A stretch of 64,000 nt of DNA. It comes from Escherichia phage KIT06. Location: sequence record OQ349392.1. One strand, given 5' to 3'. The notes beneath the pieces were generated by a model. The model saw only the letters and a list, made by a program, of their open reading frames with translations. It ran no database searches and was not told where the DNA came from. The first letter of the stretch is position 1. Each line of letters starts with the position of its first letter. A program made the position numbers and the translations under genes. Of this stretch, positions 10,331 to 20,900 are shown piece after piece.

Positions 10331-10360
10331 ATTTACAAATCAAGCGTCTGATGATATTAT
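10331..10360 (+). promoter_or_regulatory. Early-type promoter upstream of asiA (ATTTAC-N18-TATTAT)
   Basis: ATTTAC 10331-10336, TATTAT 10355-10360. Confidence 0.45.
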
Positions 10361-10391
10361 AATAAAGTCAACTAATTGAGTGGTATAGTTA

Positions 10392-10664
10392 ATGAATAAA
10401 AACATTGATACAGTTCGTGAAATTATTACTGTTGCGTCTATTTTGATTAAATTTTCCAGAGAAGATATTGTTGAGAATCGTGCTAATTTTATCGCATTTC
10501 TGAATGAGATTGGAGTAACGCATGAAGGTAGAAAGTTGAATCAGAATTCATTCCGTAAAATTGTTTCTGAATTAACCCAAGAAGATAAGAAAACCCTCAT
10601 CGACGAATTCAACGAGGGTTTTGAGGGTGTATATCGATATCTAGAGATGTATACAAACAAATAA
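10392..10664 (+). CDS. asiA: Anti-sigma-70 factor AsiA (90 aa)
   Basis: 90 aa; sequence MNKNIDTVREIITVASILIKFSRED... recognised as T4 AsiA. Confidence 0.95.
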   Translation: MNKNIDTVREIITVASILIKFSREDIVENRANFIAFLNEIGVTHEGRKLNQNSFRKIVSELTQEDKKTLIDEFNEGFEGVYRYLEMYTNK

Positions 10665-11321
10665 TTATTTAGCCCTTCCTAATATTCTGGCCGCCTGAGA
10701 ACATATTGATTCAAGGCGGTCATTACTTATATGATCATTTCTATACCAGTACATGGTTATTGTTCCAGCATAGATGTTATCCAAATTAAAATATGGACAA
10801 CTGTACATGTAATTTATTTCGGGAGTAGGCTTTTTAGTTGGTAAAAAAGCAAATTTTGAATTGGAATAATAATGACGTCCATTTAAATGGACTGTATATT
10901 CATCCATAGTTTTATCAACAGGATATCCTCCAAGTGATTTTTCGGTTATTGTTGAAGGTAATCTTCCTTCGTATGCTATAATATCAACAAAATAGTTTAA
11001 GTTTTTAGGGCGGAAAGAATACACCGCACTAAAGTCTGCCTCAGATGATATGTGAACTATCTGGAGTTGTTCCAGGGCGACAGATTCAAAGCGTGCATTT
11101 CTTTCCTTTTCAATAATTTCACTGTATGTTTCATACTTTGATTGCTTATAGTACTCAAAGAAACTATCTCCCCTATACCAAACAATCGCCATTATAAACA
11201 AAAGAATTACGACAGCTACCCGGGAAGCAAGAACCTTCCCGGTAGCATTATCTTTGAACAAGCGATCTAGAACACCAAACAGAATATCAGAGGGCGAAAA
11301 TGATATTCTAGGTGCTGCCAT
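10665..11321 (-). CDS. t: Holin T (218 aa)
   Basis: 218 aa; N-terminal TM segment plus large periplasmic domain; matches T4 holin. Confidence 0.93.
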   Translation of the reverse strand: MAAPRISFSPSDILFGVLDRLFKDNATGKVLASRVAVVILLFIMAIVWYRGDSFFEYYKQSKYETYSEIIEKERNARFESVALEQLQIVHISSEADFSAVYSFRPKNLNYFVDIIAYEGRLPSTITEKSLGGYPVDKTMDEYTVHLNGRHYYSNSKFAFLPTKKPTPEINYMYSCPYFNLDNIYAGTITMYWYRNDHISNDRLESICSQAARILGRAK

Positions 11322-11351
11322 AGACCCTCCTTTTAAGGATATTTATTCAAA

Positions 11352-12143
11352 TTATACTCTTGCACCATATATTGTACCAACTTTAGTCCAAGTTGGAGCA
11401 TTACCAGTAACAGCTTTACCCGCAGCACCACCCGAGTGAACAGTTCCTCCAGTACCACCTTGAATATATGAAGATTTGCCAGCAGCTCCCAAATCTCCAC
11501 CATTTCCTCCATAGTGAACCCCAGAAACAGTACCTTTACCAGGAGCAGAAATTGTACCAGCAGATGCTGCCGCGGCACCGCCTCCAGCTTTACCTGCTGC
11601 ACCAAATGGACGACCTCCGCCGCCACCAAATATCATATCCATTTGAGGGAAAGGATGGTATCTAGCACCAGCGCCACCACCACCACCACCACCGATAATA
11701 CCATTATTGTTTATTCTTAAACGAGTTCCAATTCCGTTATTTATTGCAGTTCCTCCTGCTCCACCAGCAGAGTTACTTCCGCCATTTCCTCCTCGACCTA
11801 ATACATGAACCCCGCTATTAATATTTAAGGTAACGTATGCATTAGTTAATGAGCTAGGAAAATCTAAGCATGGAACACCAGTAGATTGAGAAACAATATT
11901 TCCTGTAATAGTAACAACAACAGGAGTACTACCTTGAGATTTGAGATAATTTATTAGCGTGTCTTTATTATAAGAATTGCTAGCACCAATGCTATAATAT
12001 ACTTCTTTAGATTGTCCAGCCATTGAGCTCATCCAACCAGGAACTGAAACACGAACTGCTTTCATTGCAGCGTCCATCCAACGTTGTCCAGTTTCATTCA
12101 CGGCAGATTCACCAATCCAGCCAGGAACACCTACAATTGCCAT
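11352..12143 (-). CDS. 38: Long-tail-fibre tip adhesin gp38, T2/T6 type (263 aa), with polyglycine motifs
   Basis: Glycine runs (GGGGGGGAG, GGGGR, GGNGG) separating variable segments; lies between gene 37 and t. Confidence 0.88.
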   Translation of the reverse strand: MAIVGVPGWIGESAVNETGQRWMDAAMKAVRVSVPGWMSSMAGQSKEVYYSIGASNSYNKDTLINYLKSQGSTPVVVTITGNIVSQSTGVPCLDFPSSLTNAYVTLNINSGVHVLGRGGNGGSNSAGGAGGTAINNGIGTRLRINNNGIIGGGGGGGAGARYHPFPQMDMIFGGGGGRPFGAAGKAGGGAAAASAGTISAPGKGTVSGVHYGGNGGDLGAAGKSSYIQGGTGGTVHSGGAAGKAVTGNAPTWTKVGTIYGARV

Positions 12144-12154
12144 TAAAAATCCTT

Positions 12155-12172
12155 AGAGGGCCGAAGCCCTCT
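12155..12172 (-). promoter_or_regulatory. Intercistronic hairpin between gene 37 stop and gene 38 start
   Basis: AGAGGGC-CGAA-GCCCTCT inverted repeat on the plus strand. Confidence 0.4.
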
Positions 12173-12173
12173 T

Positions 12174-15100
12174 TTACATAAGTTTAGATTCAAGTTCTTT
12201 TACACGAGCAGAAAGTGTTTTCACAGCTTCAACCAGAAGAGCAATCTGGGCTTGAGAAGAAACAGTGAGTATTTTATTACCCTTAATATCTTCAACTTCA
12301 CGAACTGCTTCAGGTAAAACATCTTGCAGTGTTTGAGCCACAATACCCGCTTCAGTCTGAACAATTTCACCACCTATATAGTCAGCTTTATCATAGATTA
12401 AACCATCAAGCTGTTCAACCTTTTCAAGAGCATTTTCAATAGGTCTGAAATTAGATTTCAAACGAATATCAGAACGAATATAAACGTTTGGGGCGTTTAT
12501 ATTCATGTCAGAATAGGTGTCACCTGTCTGGAATCTCATTCGGCGAGCTGCATTGGTCCAAACTTCTAAAAGACCGTCGCCAACCTGTCTGAAACCAGTA
12601 TCACTATCACCTATTACAATTGAGTTACCACCAAATCCGTTGCTTGTGTTAACACCAAGCGCCCCGGTAGAACCACAAGTCAATTTAGGGGTATAGAATG
12701 TACCGTCCATATCAAAAGTCCAACGAGCCTGTTGCCCTGATGCACTGTCACCACGCATGCGAATCATGCCTTGGCGCCAAGTACCAGGAACACCTAACCA
12801 TCCAAACTCAAACGATTGGCGATAACCCGCGTCAGTTAAAAGACTGTATCCAGAAAATAACGGGTAATAAGCTTGACTTGTCTTGGGAATGCTGCCAGTA
12901 TTCGCTAAGAATGCAGAACGGTCACGAGTCACATCAGAAATATCACCAAAGCTAGTGGACCACTGTCCTGCAACTTTAACTCGTGAATTAATGTTTCCAT
13001 TAATAGTAACATCTTTACCAAAAGAAGTATTTTCGTCAAGACGAACAGTACCAGCAGTCATATCAATTGAAAATGGTCGTTTTCCATTCCAACCACCTTC
13101 TGTTGCTGTGTTATCGCCGTCTGAAGCGTTTTTGTCGGTCAGTAAAATATAGAAGGTTCCACCATCATTTCGAAATAAAGCAGAATTAGAACCTGACCTA
13201 TCAGAATTACTCGTAATACGAATACCGGTTTGGTTATTAATAGCAATTTCAGATTCTGCTACATAACGCTTAACTTTACCGCGATCAACCAAGTTATTAA
13301 GAACATTAGCAACTTGACCGTTAACTGCTGTATCTGGAAGAGCATCTACAGGTGATTGTGTAGATGAGTTAATACCAATAACGCTAACAGTAGCATTTTC
13401 GGTACATGACCATTCACACGCTAGTTGATTACAATATGTTCCGGCATAAACATAAATGTCATATGTATTTCCAGAGACATTGTTAACTGCAATATTTCTA
13501 AATGCTGCGCTATACAGTCCAGATGTTCTTGTATATAATACAGCATTTAAGTCAGCAGGTCTTTCATTACCAGTACGTAAAATAATTTCAGCAATATTGC
13601 ATTGTGTGAATAATCCACTATTAAATCCAGAACCACCGGCTATTTTAAAGAAGACCGTAGAAGTAGATTGTGGCATTGTTACTGTTGCAAACTTATACCA
13701 TCCAGAGGTTGCTCCATAAGTAATAAATCCAGAATTAACTTTACGATTTAGCGTGGTATTTAAGTTGGCAAAGTTTCCTGAACCATTGGTAATATTACCG
13801 TCAGTTCCTAGTTGGGCATTGCCGACTTTAAGAGGCTTAGTAATATCGACAGAATCAGAATTTAATGCAATACCATGTGAATGTGTGTAGCTGTGCATAC
13901 GAACGACATTGCCGCCATCACCAATACCCAAATACCATTTAGGCACATCAGCCTTACGTCCTTGAATGAAGTTAGAAGACTCTTGTGTTGGAGCATTTAT
14001 TCTAATAGCATCGCTACTTGCATTAACTGTAATACGTTGACCAGCCGTAGTTCCAGCCACTTCTACTTTAAATCTTCCACCACCGATATCTACATCATGA
14101 TCCATGGAAACTTTACCATTACTTAATGTAATATAGAATGGACGTAAATTAGAAATGCCGCCTGATTCACCGGCATTCTGCGGAGTTGGAATAATATAAA
14201 ACTTATCTTCAGAACGACGGAAAATTGCGCCATATTCAGCATTCCAAATTCTTAATGCATCTGATGTTCCGCCGATTTTAACTTGCCCAGTAATAGAAGA
14301 ACCACCTTGGACAAACAAGCCGTTCTTCATTGTAACATTACCGTTTAAAGTGCTTAAACCATCAACTTTAAGATTTCCTGCAGTGCTAATAGAACCGTTA
14401 GCATTAACTGGTCCATTGAACTGGGTTACAACGGGCCCAACAGTTTCAGAACCTTCTGGGCGCTGGCGTTGTGAATAAAAATAATAACCTTGTGAATCAT
14501 ATACTTCAAATACAGTTTCTCTAATACCGGGAACTGAGTTAAAGGCATTACCCCATGCTTTAATTGAAACAGTATTTTTATTCTGTCCGTTACGAGTGCC
14601 TGCATCCCAGTTAATAGTTTTTGTCCCGTCAACACCTGTAGGCGCTTTAAATGACAAAGCATTGGTATTATCATCACCTGATAAAAATAATCCAGTACGC
14701 ATTGAAATACGTCGGGTTGAGTCAAATGTACCATCTGCTCTAATAGCAACTCTGTTAGAACCAGTGTTAATATCTAAAATTCCTGGTTCAACAAGGAGAC
14801 CTTGGGACATACCAACAGCCATACGACCTGTACCGCGGAAATAGTGATACATTTTAGAATTACTGTTATAACCGATATGAGTCTGACCATCGCCGTTATT
14901 ATTACCATCAATATCGGTACGCGCAGTAAACATTGCTTGGTTGTTATTTGGGAAATCCCAAGTAGAACCGGAATCTCGACTATAACCAACCATCAATTTT
15001 TTAGTACTATTAATACCATTATTCAAAATGGTAGCGGATGAAATACCGTTAGCCATCAGGTCATAAACGCCATCGCGGACCCATTTAATACCGGTATCGT

Positions 15101-16085
15101 TATCGCCAATCGCAATACCAATAGAAATTGCAGAATCAAGTGGATAACGGCCATTTGTACCACTATCAGGAAGACCTACTGAAATAGATTTACCTGCGGT
15201 AATACGTCCAGTGGTATCAAATGCCCACTGGAAAGACGAAGGTCCTACGCCGGTCCACCAAGAAATTTCTTGTGGCTTTCCTGAACGACAGTCAACTATT
15301 TCATGGAAAATGCTAGAAGTATTTGAAGCCCGCATTTTACGCATGTAGTTCAATCCGTTTGTATCACGGTCAGAACCATCTGCTGGTGGATTATAAATCC
15401 AAGTAGGTAAAGAAACAATGTCATAACCCGTGTCATTATTCGGTATAAAGGTTTTAGAACTCAGGTTAATATTTTTTGTATTGACGCGCGGTGCAGAAAC
15501 AAATCCAGTTGCCGAGTTAATATTGCCTGATGCAGAAATATTACCTGCACGGACTTCAATACTGCCATTATCTACAATAAAACTACCGTTACGATTAAAA
15601 GTCCAATATTTTGAATCACCAGATTCATTGATATATTGAATTTTAAAACTACCTTCGTTTACTAACGTACCAACAGAAAAAGTTCCATCTTTATAGCGTT
15701 GTTTAATTAGCGGATGGTATTCTGAAGTAGAAGTCGTTGAACTCAAATCGGTAAAGATAGGAGCTTTATTTTTATGTTGATTTGCCCAAGCACCATTACC
15801 AGCAGTTTTAGGTAAAAATTCAATATATTTTCCTGCATAAACAAACTGATTTCCATTAAGATTATATGTACCGTTCTGTAAATAATCTCCAGTTTGAGTG
15901 ATATTTCCACTGATATTACCGCCAGCGGAAATGCTTAAGTCAATGATATTTCCTGAATCATCTTTAGTAAAAATTGTTCTATCTTTTAAGTTTATAGCCA
16001 ATTCACCTTCGGCTAATACTGAAGCAGCAGGACGTGCACCTGCGGTTTTGCTTCTTTTAAATTGTATTTGTTTTAAAGTAGCCAT
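12174..16085 (-). CDS. 37: Long tail fibre distal subunit gp37 (1303 aa) with C-terminal intramolecular chaperone domain
   Basis: N-terminal half matches T4 gp37; C-terminus has S-D-I-R-L-K self-cleavage-like motif followed by coiled-coil tail. Confidence 0.9.
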   Translation of the reverse strand: MATLKQIQFKRSKTAGARPAASVLAEGELAINLKDRTIFTKDDSGNIIDLSISAGGNISGNITQTGDYLQNGTYNLNGNQFVYAGKYIEFLPKTAGNGAWANQHKNKAPIFTDLSSTTSTSEYHPLIKQRYKDGTFSVGTLVNEGSFKIQYINESGDSKYWTFNRNGSFIVDNGSIEVRAGNISASGNINSATGFVSAPRVNTKNINLSSKTFIPNNDTGYDIVSLPTWIYNPPADGSDRDTNGLNYMRKMRASNTSSIFHEIVDCRSGKPQEISWWTGVGPSSFQWAFDTTGRITAGKSISVGLPDSGTNGRYPLDSAISIGIAIGDNDTGIKWVRDGVYDLMANGISSATILNNGINSTKKLMVGYSRDSGSTWDFPNNNQAMFTARTDIDGNNNGDGQTHIGYNSNSKMYHYFRGTGRMAVGMSQGLLVEPGILDINTGSNRVAIRADGTFDSTRRISMRTGLFLSGDDNTNALSFKAPTGVDGTKTINWDAGTRNGQNKNTVSIKAWGNAFNSVPGIRETVFEVYDSQGYYFYSQRQRPEGSETVGPVVTQFNGPVNANGSISTAGNLKVDGLSTLNGNVTMKNGLFVQGGSSITGQVKIGGTSDALRIWNAEYGAIFRRSEDKFYIIPTPQNAGESGGISNLRPFYITLSNGKVSMDHDVDIGGGRFKVEVAGTTAGQRITVNASSDAIRINAPTQESSNFIQGRKADVPKWYLGIGDGGNVVRMHSYTHSHGIALNSDSVDITKPLKVGNAQLGTDGNITNGSGNFANLNTTLNRKVNSGFITYGATSGWYKFATVTMPQSTSTVFFKIAGGSGFNSGLFTQCNIAEIILRTGNERPADLNAVLYTRTSGLYSAAFRNIAVNNVSGNTYDIYVYAGTYCNQLACEWSCTENATVSVIGINSSTQSPVDALPDTAVNGQVANVLNNLVDRGKVKRYVAESEIAINNQTGIRITSNSDRSGSNSALFRNDGGTFYILLTDKNASDGDNTATEGGWNGKRPFSIDMTAGTVRLDENTSFGKDVTINGNINSRVKVAGQWSTSFGDISDVTRDRSAFLANTGSIPKTSQAYYPLFSGYSLLTDAGYRQSFEFGWLGVPGTWRQGMIRMRGDSASGQQARWTFDMDGTFYTPKLTCGSTGALGVNTSNGFGGNSIVIGDSDTGFRQVGDGLLEVWTNAARRMRFQTGDTYSDMNINAPNVYIRSDIRLKSNFRPIENALEKVEQLDGLIYDKADYIGGEIVQTEAGIVAQTLQDVLPEAVREVEDIKGNKILTVSSQAQIALLVEAVKTLSARVKELESKLM

Positions 16086-16093
16086 AAGTCCTC

Positions 16094-16756
16094 TTAATAA
16101 TAGCCGAAATCTTGAACAGAATCCTTAATTACGATTTGGTCAAATCGTGGAACGTGTGAAGGTTGAGATGCAGGATTCTGCGAGAAAAAGTTTGGTGCGG
16201 TTAAGTTTCCCGTCATAGTGTCACCAGATCGTAACACTCTAGAGTTCGCATTTGCCGTAACAGTATTTATTGCTCCATCAACATAGTCCTTCCTAGTAAG
16301 GTCATTAGCTGATACAGGAGAAACTGCATTACTTCTTATTTGACCTACTGCTGTCACGACGCCTTTTGTACTAATATCACCATTACGTGCATTAATTACA
16401 ACAGTTCGGTCTGCTGAACCTTGTGATGATTTAAAACCAATACCATTCCACGAAACGATGTCAATATTTGCCATAGCAAAAGTAGCTGCATCACCGTTGC
16501 CTGGATAAACACCGCACTGTTGACTACTACCTATAGTAGGAACATGTACTCCTCCATTAAATCGAACAGTCGCGGCATAAGTACCACCATTAGCTTTAGA
16601 AACGAAATCGTTATCTGCAGCTTGTGGTTTATTATATTCTGAATATATTTTAAATGATTTATAGAGTACATCGTCACCGGCTGGATTCAATGGAAAATTT
16701 CCTTGATGCCAAATGACAGAGCCTCCAGTTGTTGAACCTACTTTTAAATCAGCCAT
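16094..16756 (-). CDS. 36: Long tail fibre hinge subunit gp36 (220 aa)
   Basis: Length and position match T4 gp36. Confidence 0.85.
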   Translation of the reverse strand: MADLKVGSTTGGSVIWHQGNFPLNPAGDDVLYKSFKIYSEYNKPQAADNDFVSKANGGTYAATVRFNGGVHVPTIGSSQQCGVYPGNGDAATFAMANIDIVSWNGIGFKSSQGSADRTVVINARNGDISTKGVVTAVGQIRSNAVSPVSANDLTRKDYVDGAINTVTANANSRVLRSGDTMTGNLTAPNFFSQNPASQPSHVPRFDQIVIKDSVQDFGYY

Positions 16757-16779
16757 TGTATGCCCCTTTATTTTAATAG

Positions 16780-16787
16780 TATTTATA
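16780..16787 (-). promoter_or_regulatory. Late promoter TATAAATA for genes 36-37-38
   Basis: Plus-strand TATTTATA is TATAAATA on the minus strand, about 24 nt upstream of the gene 36 ATG. Confidence 0.6.
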
Positions 16788-16794
16788 AAGAAAA

Positions 16795-16822
16795 AGGGAA
16801 CCCGAAGGCTCCCTCAATTTAT
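16795..16822 (-). terminator. Hairpin terminator downstream of gene 35
   Basis: AGGGAGCC-TTCG-GGTTCCCT hairpin (one G-U pair) plus T-run on the minus strand. Confidence 0.5.
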
Positions 16823-17934
16823 ACTTCTCTAAATTCTTGCCCAAACACTTTACCAGTTTTAGACGATGCTTGTGTAGGAAGTACCATTATATCCGGAGGT
16901 GAAGCAGATTCACAGATATAATTAACGCGAATGCCGTTGACGCCAAATTCAGCAGGTTTCGAAATACCTCCATTTCTTGACACTTCAGAAAAGCTTAAAT
17001 TTCTCATGCCACCTTGACCAGCTTGCGCAGTTCTTTGCGCGTATATCGTAAATCCCACAGCGTTTTCTGGAACAACCACATAATCTTCCTTTAATTCCCA
17101 AGACCCAGCTTGTCCGGTAAACTCAGCTTGTGTCGAGGAAATATATCCATTAGATGCATTATAAAAGCGGATAGATATATTTGTAGTTCCAAGCGCAAGT
17201 AAATCTGCATCGGCATATAACTGAGCTTTAAGATAAAGAACATCGCCAGGAATTAAATTATAATCAGAGAGTTTACTTATAGCAGCTGAAGTTGGCAATC
17301 GCGCAATTTCGTTATTGGTTCCGCCAACTGCCGACATAAATTGATCAACGCTTTCATATGTTCTTTTTGGAAACCCGGTAGCTCCAACGTCTTCTAAACT
17401 GTCAAATACAACATCTAAAATAGTTTGATAATCATCTGTGCTTTTTCTATTACTTAATTTGACATGCTCTAATGCAATAGCTCTTTTAGAAGAAGTGTAA
17501 AAAGCAGCATATGATACGTCGAATCTTGACAATATAGAATCAGATGGAAAAGCAGACGTTCCTGCGGTTCTTAGCCAAGATACTACTTCAGGAGGAAAAT
17601 TAACCTTTCCGCTAGTTAATATAGCAACAAGTCTATTATTCGTCAAAGAATTCATGAAACTAACAAAAGCAGCTGATGTAGTATCATTTGAAGTAGAAAA
17701 AGCATATGACTTACTATCAACTAATGCTCCTGTGGAAGGGTCAAAAACTCTTAAATGAAGACCTGCGCTAAATGTTTGACTTCCGACAGGATTATCCTGA
17801 AATTTAACGTACGGTCCTGCAGTAGAAAGCGGGCAAGAACCCGCTATACTTATTTTGTATCTTACTGAATTACTTTCCGATAAAAATGGCGTTTGGACAT
17901 ATCCTTGTCCAAACTCTGCCATAAATTTTTCCAT
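16819..17934 (-). CDS. 35: Long tail fibre hinge connector gp35 (371 aa)
   Basis: Length and position match T4 gp35. Confidence 0.85.
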   Translation of the reverse strand: MEKFMAEFGQGYVQTPFLSESNSVRYKISIAGSCPLSTAGPYVKFQDNPVGSQTFSAGLHLRVFDPSTGALVDSKSYAFSTSNDTTSAAFVSFMNSLTNNRLVAILTSGKVNFPPEVVSWLRTAGTSAFPSDSILSRFDVSYAAFYTSSKRAIALEHVKLSNRKSTDDYQTILDVVFDSLEDVGATGFPKRTYESVDQFMSAVGGTNNEIARLPTSAAISKLSDYNLIPGDVLYLKAQLYADADLLALGTTNISIRFYNASNGYISSTQAEFTGQAGSWELKEDYVVVPENAVGFTIYAQRTAQAGQGGMRNLSFSEVSRNGGISKPAEFGVNGIRVNYICESASPPDIMVLPTQASSKTGKVFGQEFREV

Positions 17935-17942
17935 AATACCTC

Positions 17943-20900
17943 TTATTCAACCCATTCAAATTTAACCGTTTTATTCGCTGGGTCAGGAATAATGCGAACA
18001 TTACCAATTCGTAAGAAATCACGAATAGTAAGATTCCCCATTGTAGCATTATCAGATGGTAAAGCACCAATATCAGATGGTTGAGGAGGGTTACCTCCGT
18101 CAAATACCTGAACAAAACTCGACCAAGAGTTTTTGGTTTTCTGCCATGTACGTGTCCAGCGAGTGGTACGTGCTTCTGGAGTCGTTGGATAAGTAATCCA
18201 ATCTTGGTAAAGCGAATCAAGTGTGTTACCAAATTGAGTCAATGTACCAGGAGATTTAACTTCTTCGCCACGTTCTAAGTATGGAAGTCCAGTCACTTCA
18301 TTAGTTTTTTCAACCATTTTAAAATAACCCGGGAATTGGTTATAAGTAGCTGAATCATTAATATCGATTGACCAGAATCCTACAGTATCAGATGTTGGCG
18401 CACGGGTATATAAGTCAGATGTTTTAATGCCCTGAGAACGAATTCTCGAGTTAACAGTTAAGCCACCTGAGTTTATAGTAACACCTTTGGCAACGATTAA
18501 GCCTTCACCAATCGTTACTTGACCGGATGCATTGTTAATAGCTAAAGGACGTAATCCATTAAAACCACCAGTTTGGTCACCTGAATTAGTTAGCATAAAA
18601 TAGACATTAGCACCATCATTACGAATAAAGAATCCGTAATTACCACTAATAGCTCTAAAAGCATTCGATGATTTGCTAATGAATTCACCATTGGCTGTAA
18701 CTGAACGACCGAATGTTGCAGTGCCATTCACATTCATCAAACCGGAAGCATTAACATTTATTGGCATTACAGTACCATTAATGATAAACGCTATACTACC
18801 ATCTTTATTGCGTTGAGAATAAAAGTGATGAGATGTTTCATCGCCAACTTCAAACACGGTAGAACGAGTCGTATCCGAGCCGCCGCCAAACTGATTTCCC
18901 CATACTCTGATAGTCATCGTCTGTGCTGGGTTAGTTCCAGTTTGAGGTCCTTTTTCAAAAATCAGACGAGTTGCTGTTCCAGAGTTAGAAATAGTTAATG
19001 TACTATTTGCCGAAACTGAACCACCAAACGTAGCAGTACTAGATGATACAAGAGGGGCACTCAGATTCGTTTGTTGGGTTAAGGTTAGTGAACCATTAAC
19101 CGTCTGTGCAATATCCCTACGAATGAACTGGGATGAATCTAGACCATCCAGTAAATTACTATCTACGGCTTTTGCTTTTAATGGCAAGTAATTTGCTAAT
19201 ACACGGTTTAATTCATACGGTGATACTGCATAGCTATTTTTCTCGTATAATTCTAACGACTGTGTTGAACCAACTGTATCATTACCAACGAATGTAATTG
19301 AACCAGATGAAGTTTTAACAAAGCCTCTTATCGCAGTAGTAGCTGCCCAAGTAGGTTCACTCTGCGCAATCCATTTTAAATTTTTTGGAGATACAGCAGT
19401 ATTTGCTGACGTTCCAGCCACAGTTTCAGTCTGAGTTGCAACTTTAATAACACCTTCTTGCGATTCGGTAGATTTAGTACCTAAAAGCTTTTTAGGAGTT
19501 ATTAAAACATTATCCAATGTTCCTGCAGCAGCTTCAACTTGTGTAGCTACACGAAGTGTACCACGCTGTGTCTCATTTGCTTCAAGAATATTAAGGGTAT
19601 AATGGTCCCAGAGAGTTCCTGATTCAACTAATCCAGATAGAGCAACAACAGAAGTACGATCAGTACTATTAAATCTGGTTTTAATTTTTAATGGTGTAGA
19701 GATACGAGTATCGTCGACGCCCGCGTCGAATTCAACTTGTGTAGCAATTTCAGCTATACCACTTAAACTTTCAGTTGCTATACGGTCATTTAAAGTTTTA
19801 GGAGTGACTGCACGAGTATAATCAGTTCCTGTATTAACTTCACTTTGCGTAGCAATTTCAATTAAACCAATTCTTCCATCAGTTGATGTCTTTTTATGTA
19901 ACGTTTCTGGCGTTACAACAGCATTTGCCCATCCTTGCTGACTTTGTCCAGCAATTACTTCACTTTCAACTGCTAAAATTACTGCACCCTGTTGAGTAGG
20001 CGTAGCTTTATACTGATCCAAAGCTTTAGGTGAAACAACTAAATTATTAGTGTTTTTATTATAAACGTTTGTACCATTTAATTCACGACTAGAAGCTGGA
20101 GTAGCTCCTGCGGTAGATACAAAGGTTACAATACCAGATAATGATTCAGAACCTTGACGAGCTTGAAGCTTTTTAGGAGTGATGATTGTAGTATCATCAG
20201 TACCTGCATTAGTTTCCTGTTGCGTAGCAATTTCAGCAACACCTCTGCGAGTTTCAGTAGCAGTTCTTTCATTCAGCTTTTTAGGAGTGATGATAATATC
20301 GTCAGCAAAAGAGAATGTGGTGTTCTGATTCACTTGAGCAGTAGTTGCTATTCTTGCAATACCTCTGCGAGTTTCAGTAGCAGTGCGATTAGCTAACGTT
20401 TCTGGAGTAATTGCTAATTCTTTTTGTGGAGAATTTTCTAAATCGACGTTAGCTTGAGCTTGTGTAGCTAAAGCAATTACGCCTAATCTTGCTCTAGTAG
20501 AATCATTTAAAGAATCAACTCTTTCTACGGTTGGAACGTTTTGCTGTACAACCCAATATTTTCCATCAGAATCTTCTATATAAGCAAGCTCTAAAACTGG
20601 AACATAATTAGTTTCACCGTTAAAAACCAATTCTTGAACAGTTACCCATTTAGTTTCAGGCGGATATTCTGAACGTTTTGGGAATTGCAGCAATTGAACT
20701 GAAGAAGCAATTTTATCTTCACCGGCAGCTTTGATTTTAACTGTTTGTCCTTTTCTCATGTAATTCATGGAAATTTTAACAGTATCACCAACAGAAATAT
20801 TAGTTGGAAGCTGAAGTTCAATTGTTTGAGCTGTTCCGTTATTCGCACCAAATACCATAACTTCTTCATTTGGACGAATATTTGAATTAGTTGTTATAAT

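Noticed and set aside
11333-11720. Several overlapping ORFs on both strands within gene 38 (11333..11629 minus, 11468..11665 plus, 11514..11720 plus)
   Set aside because: Artefacts of the low-complexity GGN-repeat DNA encoding the gp38 polyglycine motifs; alternative frames of the same repeat stay open by chance.
12698-15639. Multiple 60-110 aa ORFs on the plus strand and in alternative minus frames within gene 37
   Set aside because: All lie inside the 1303 aa gp37 coding sequence; no start context; expected background in a long gene.
18081-20396. Plus-strand ORFs within gene 34, including 20154..20396 with a Ser-rich repetitive translation
   Set aside because: Antisense read-through of the gene 34 internal DNA repeats; not independent genes.
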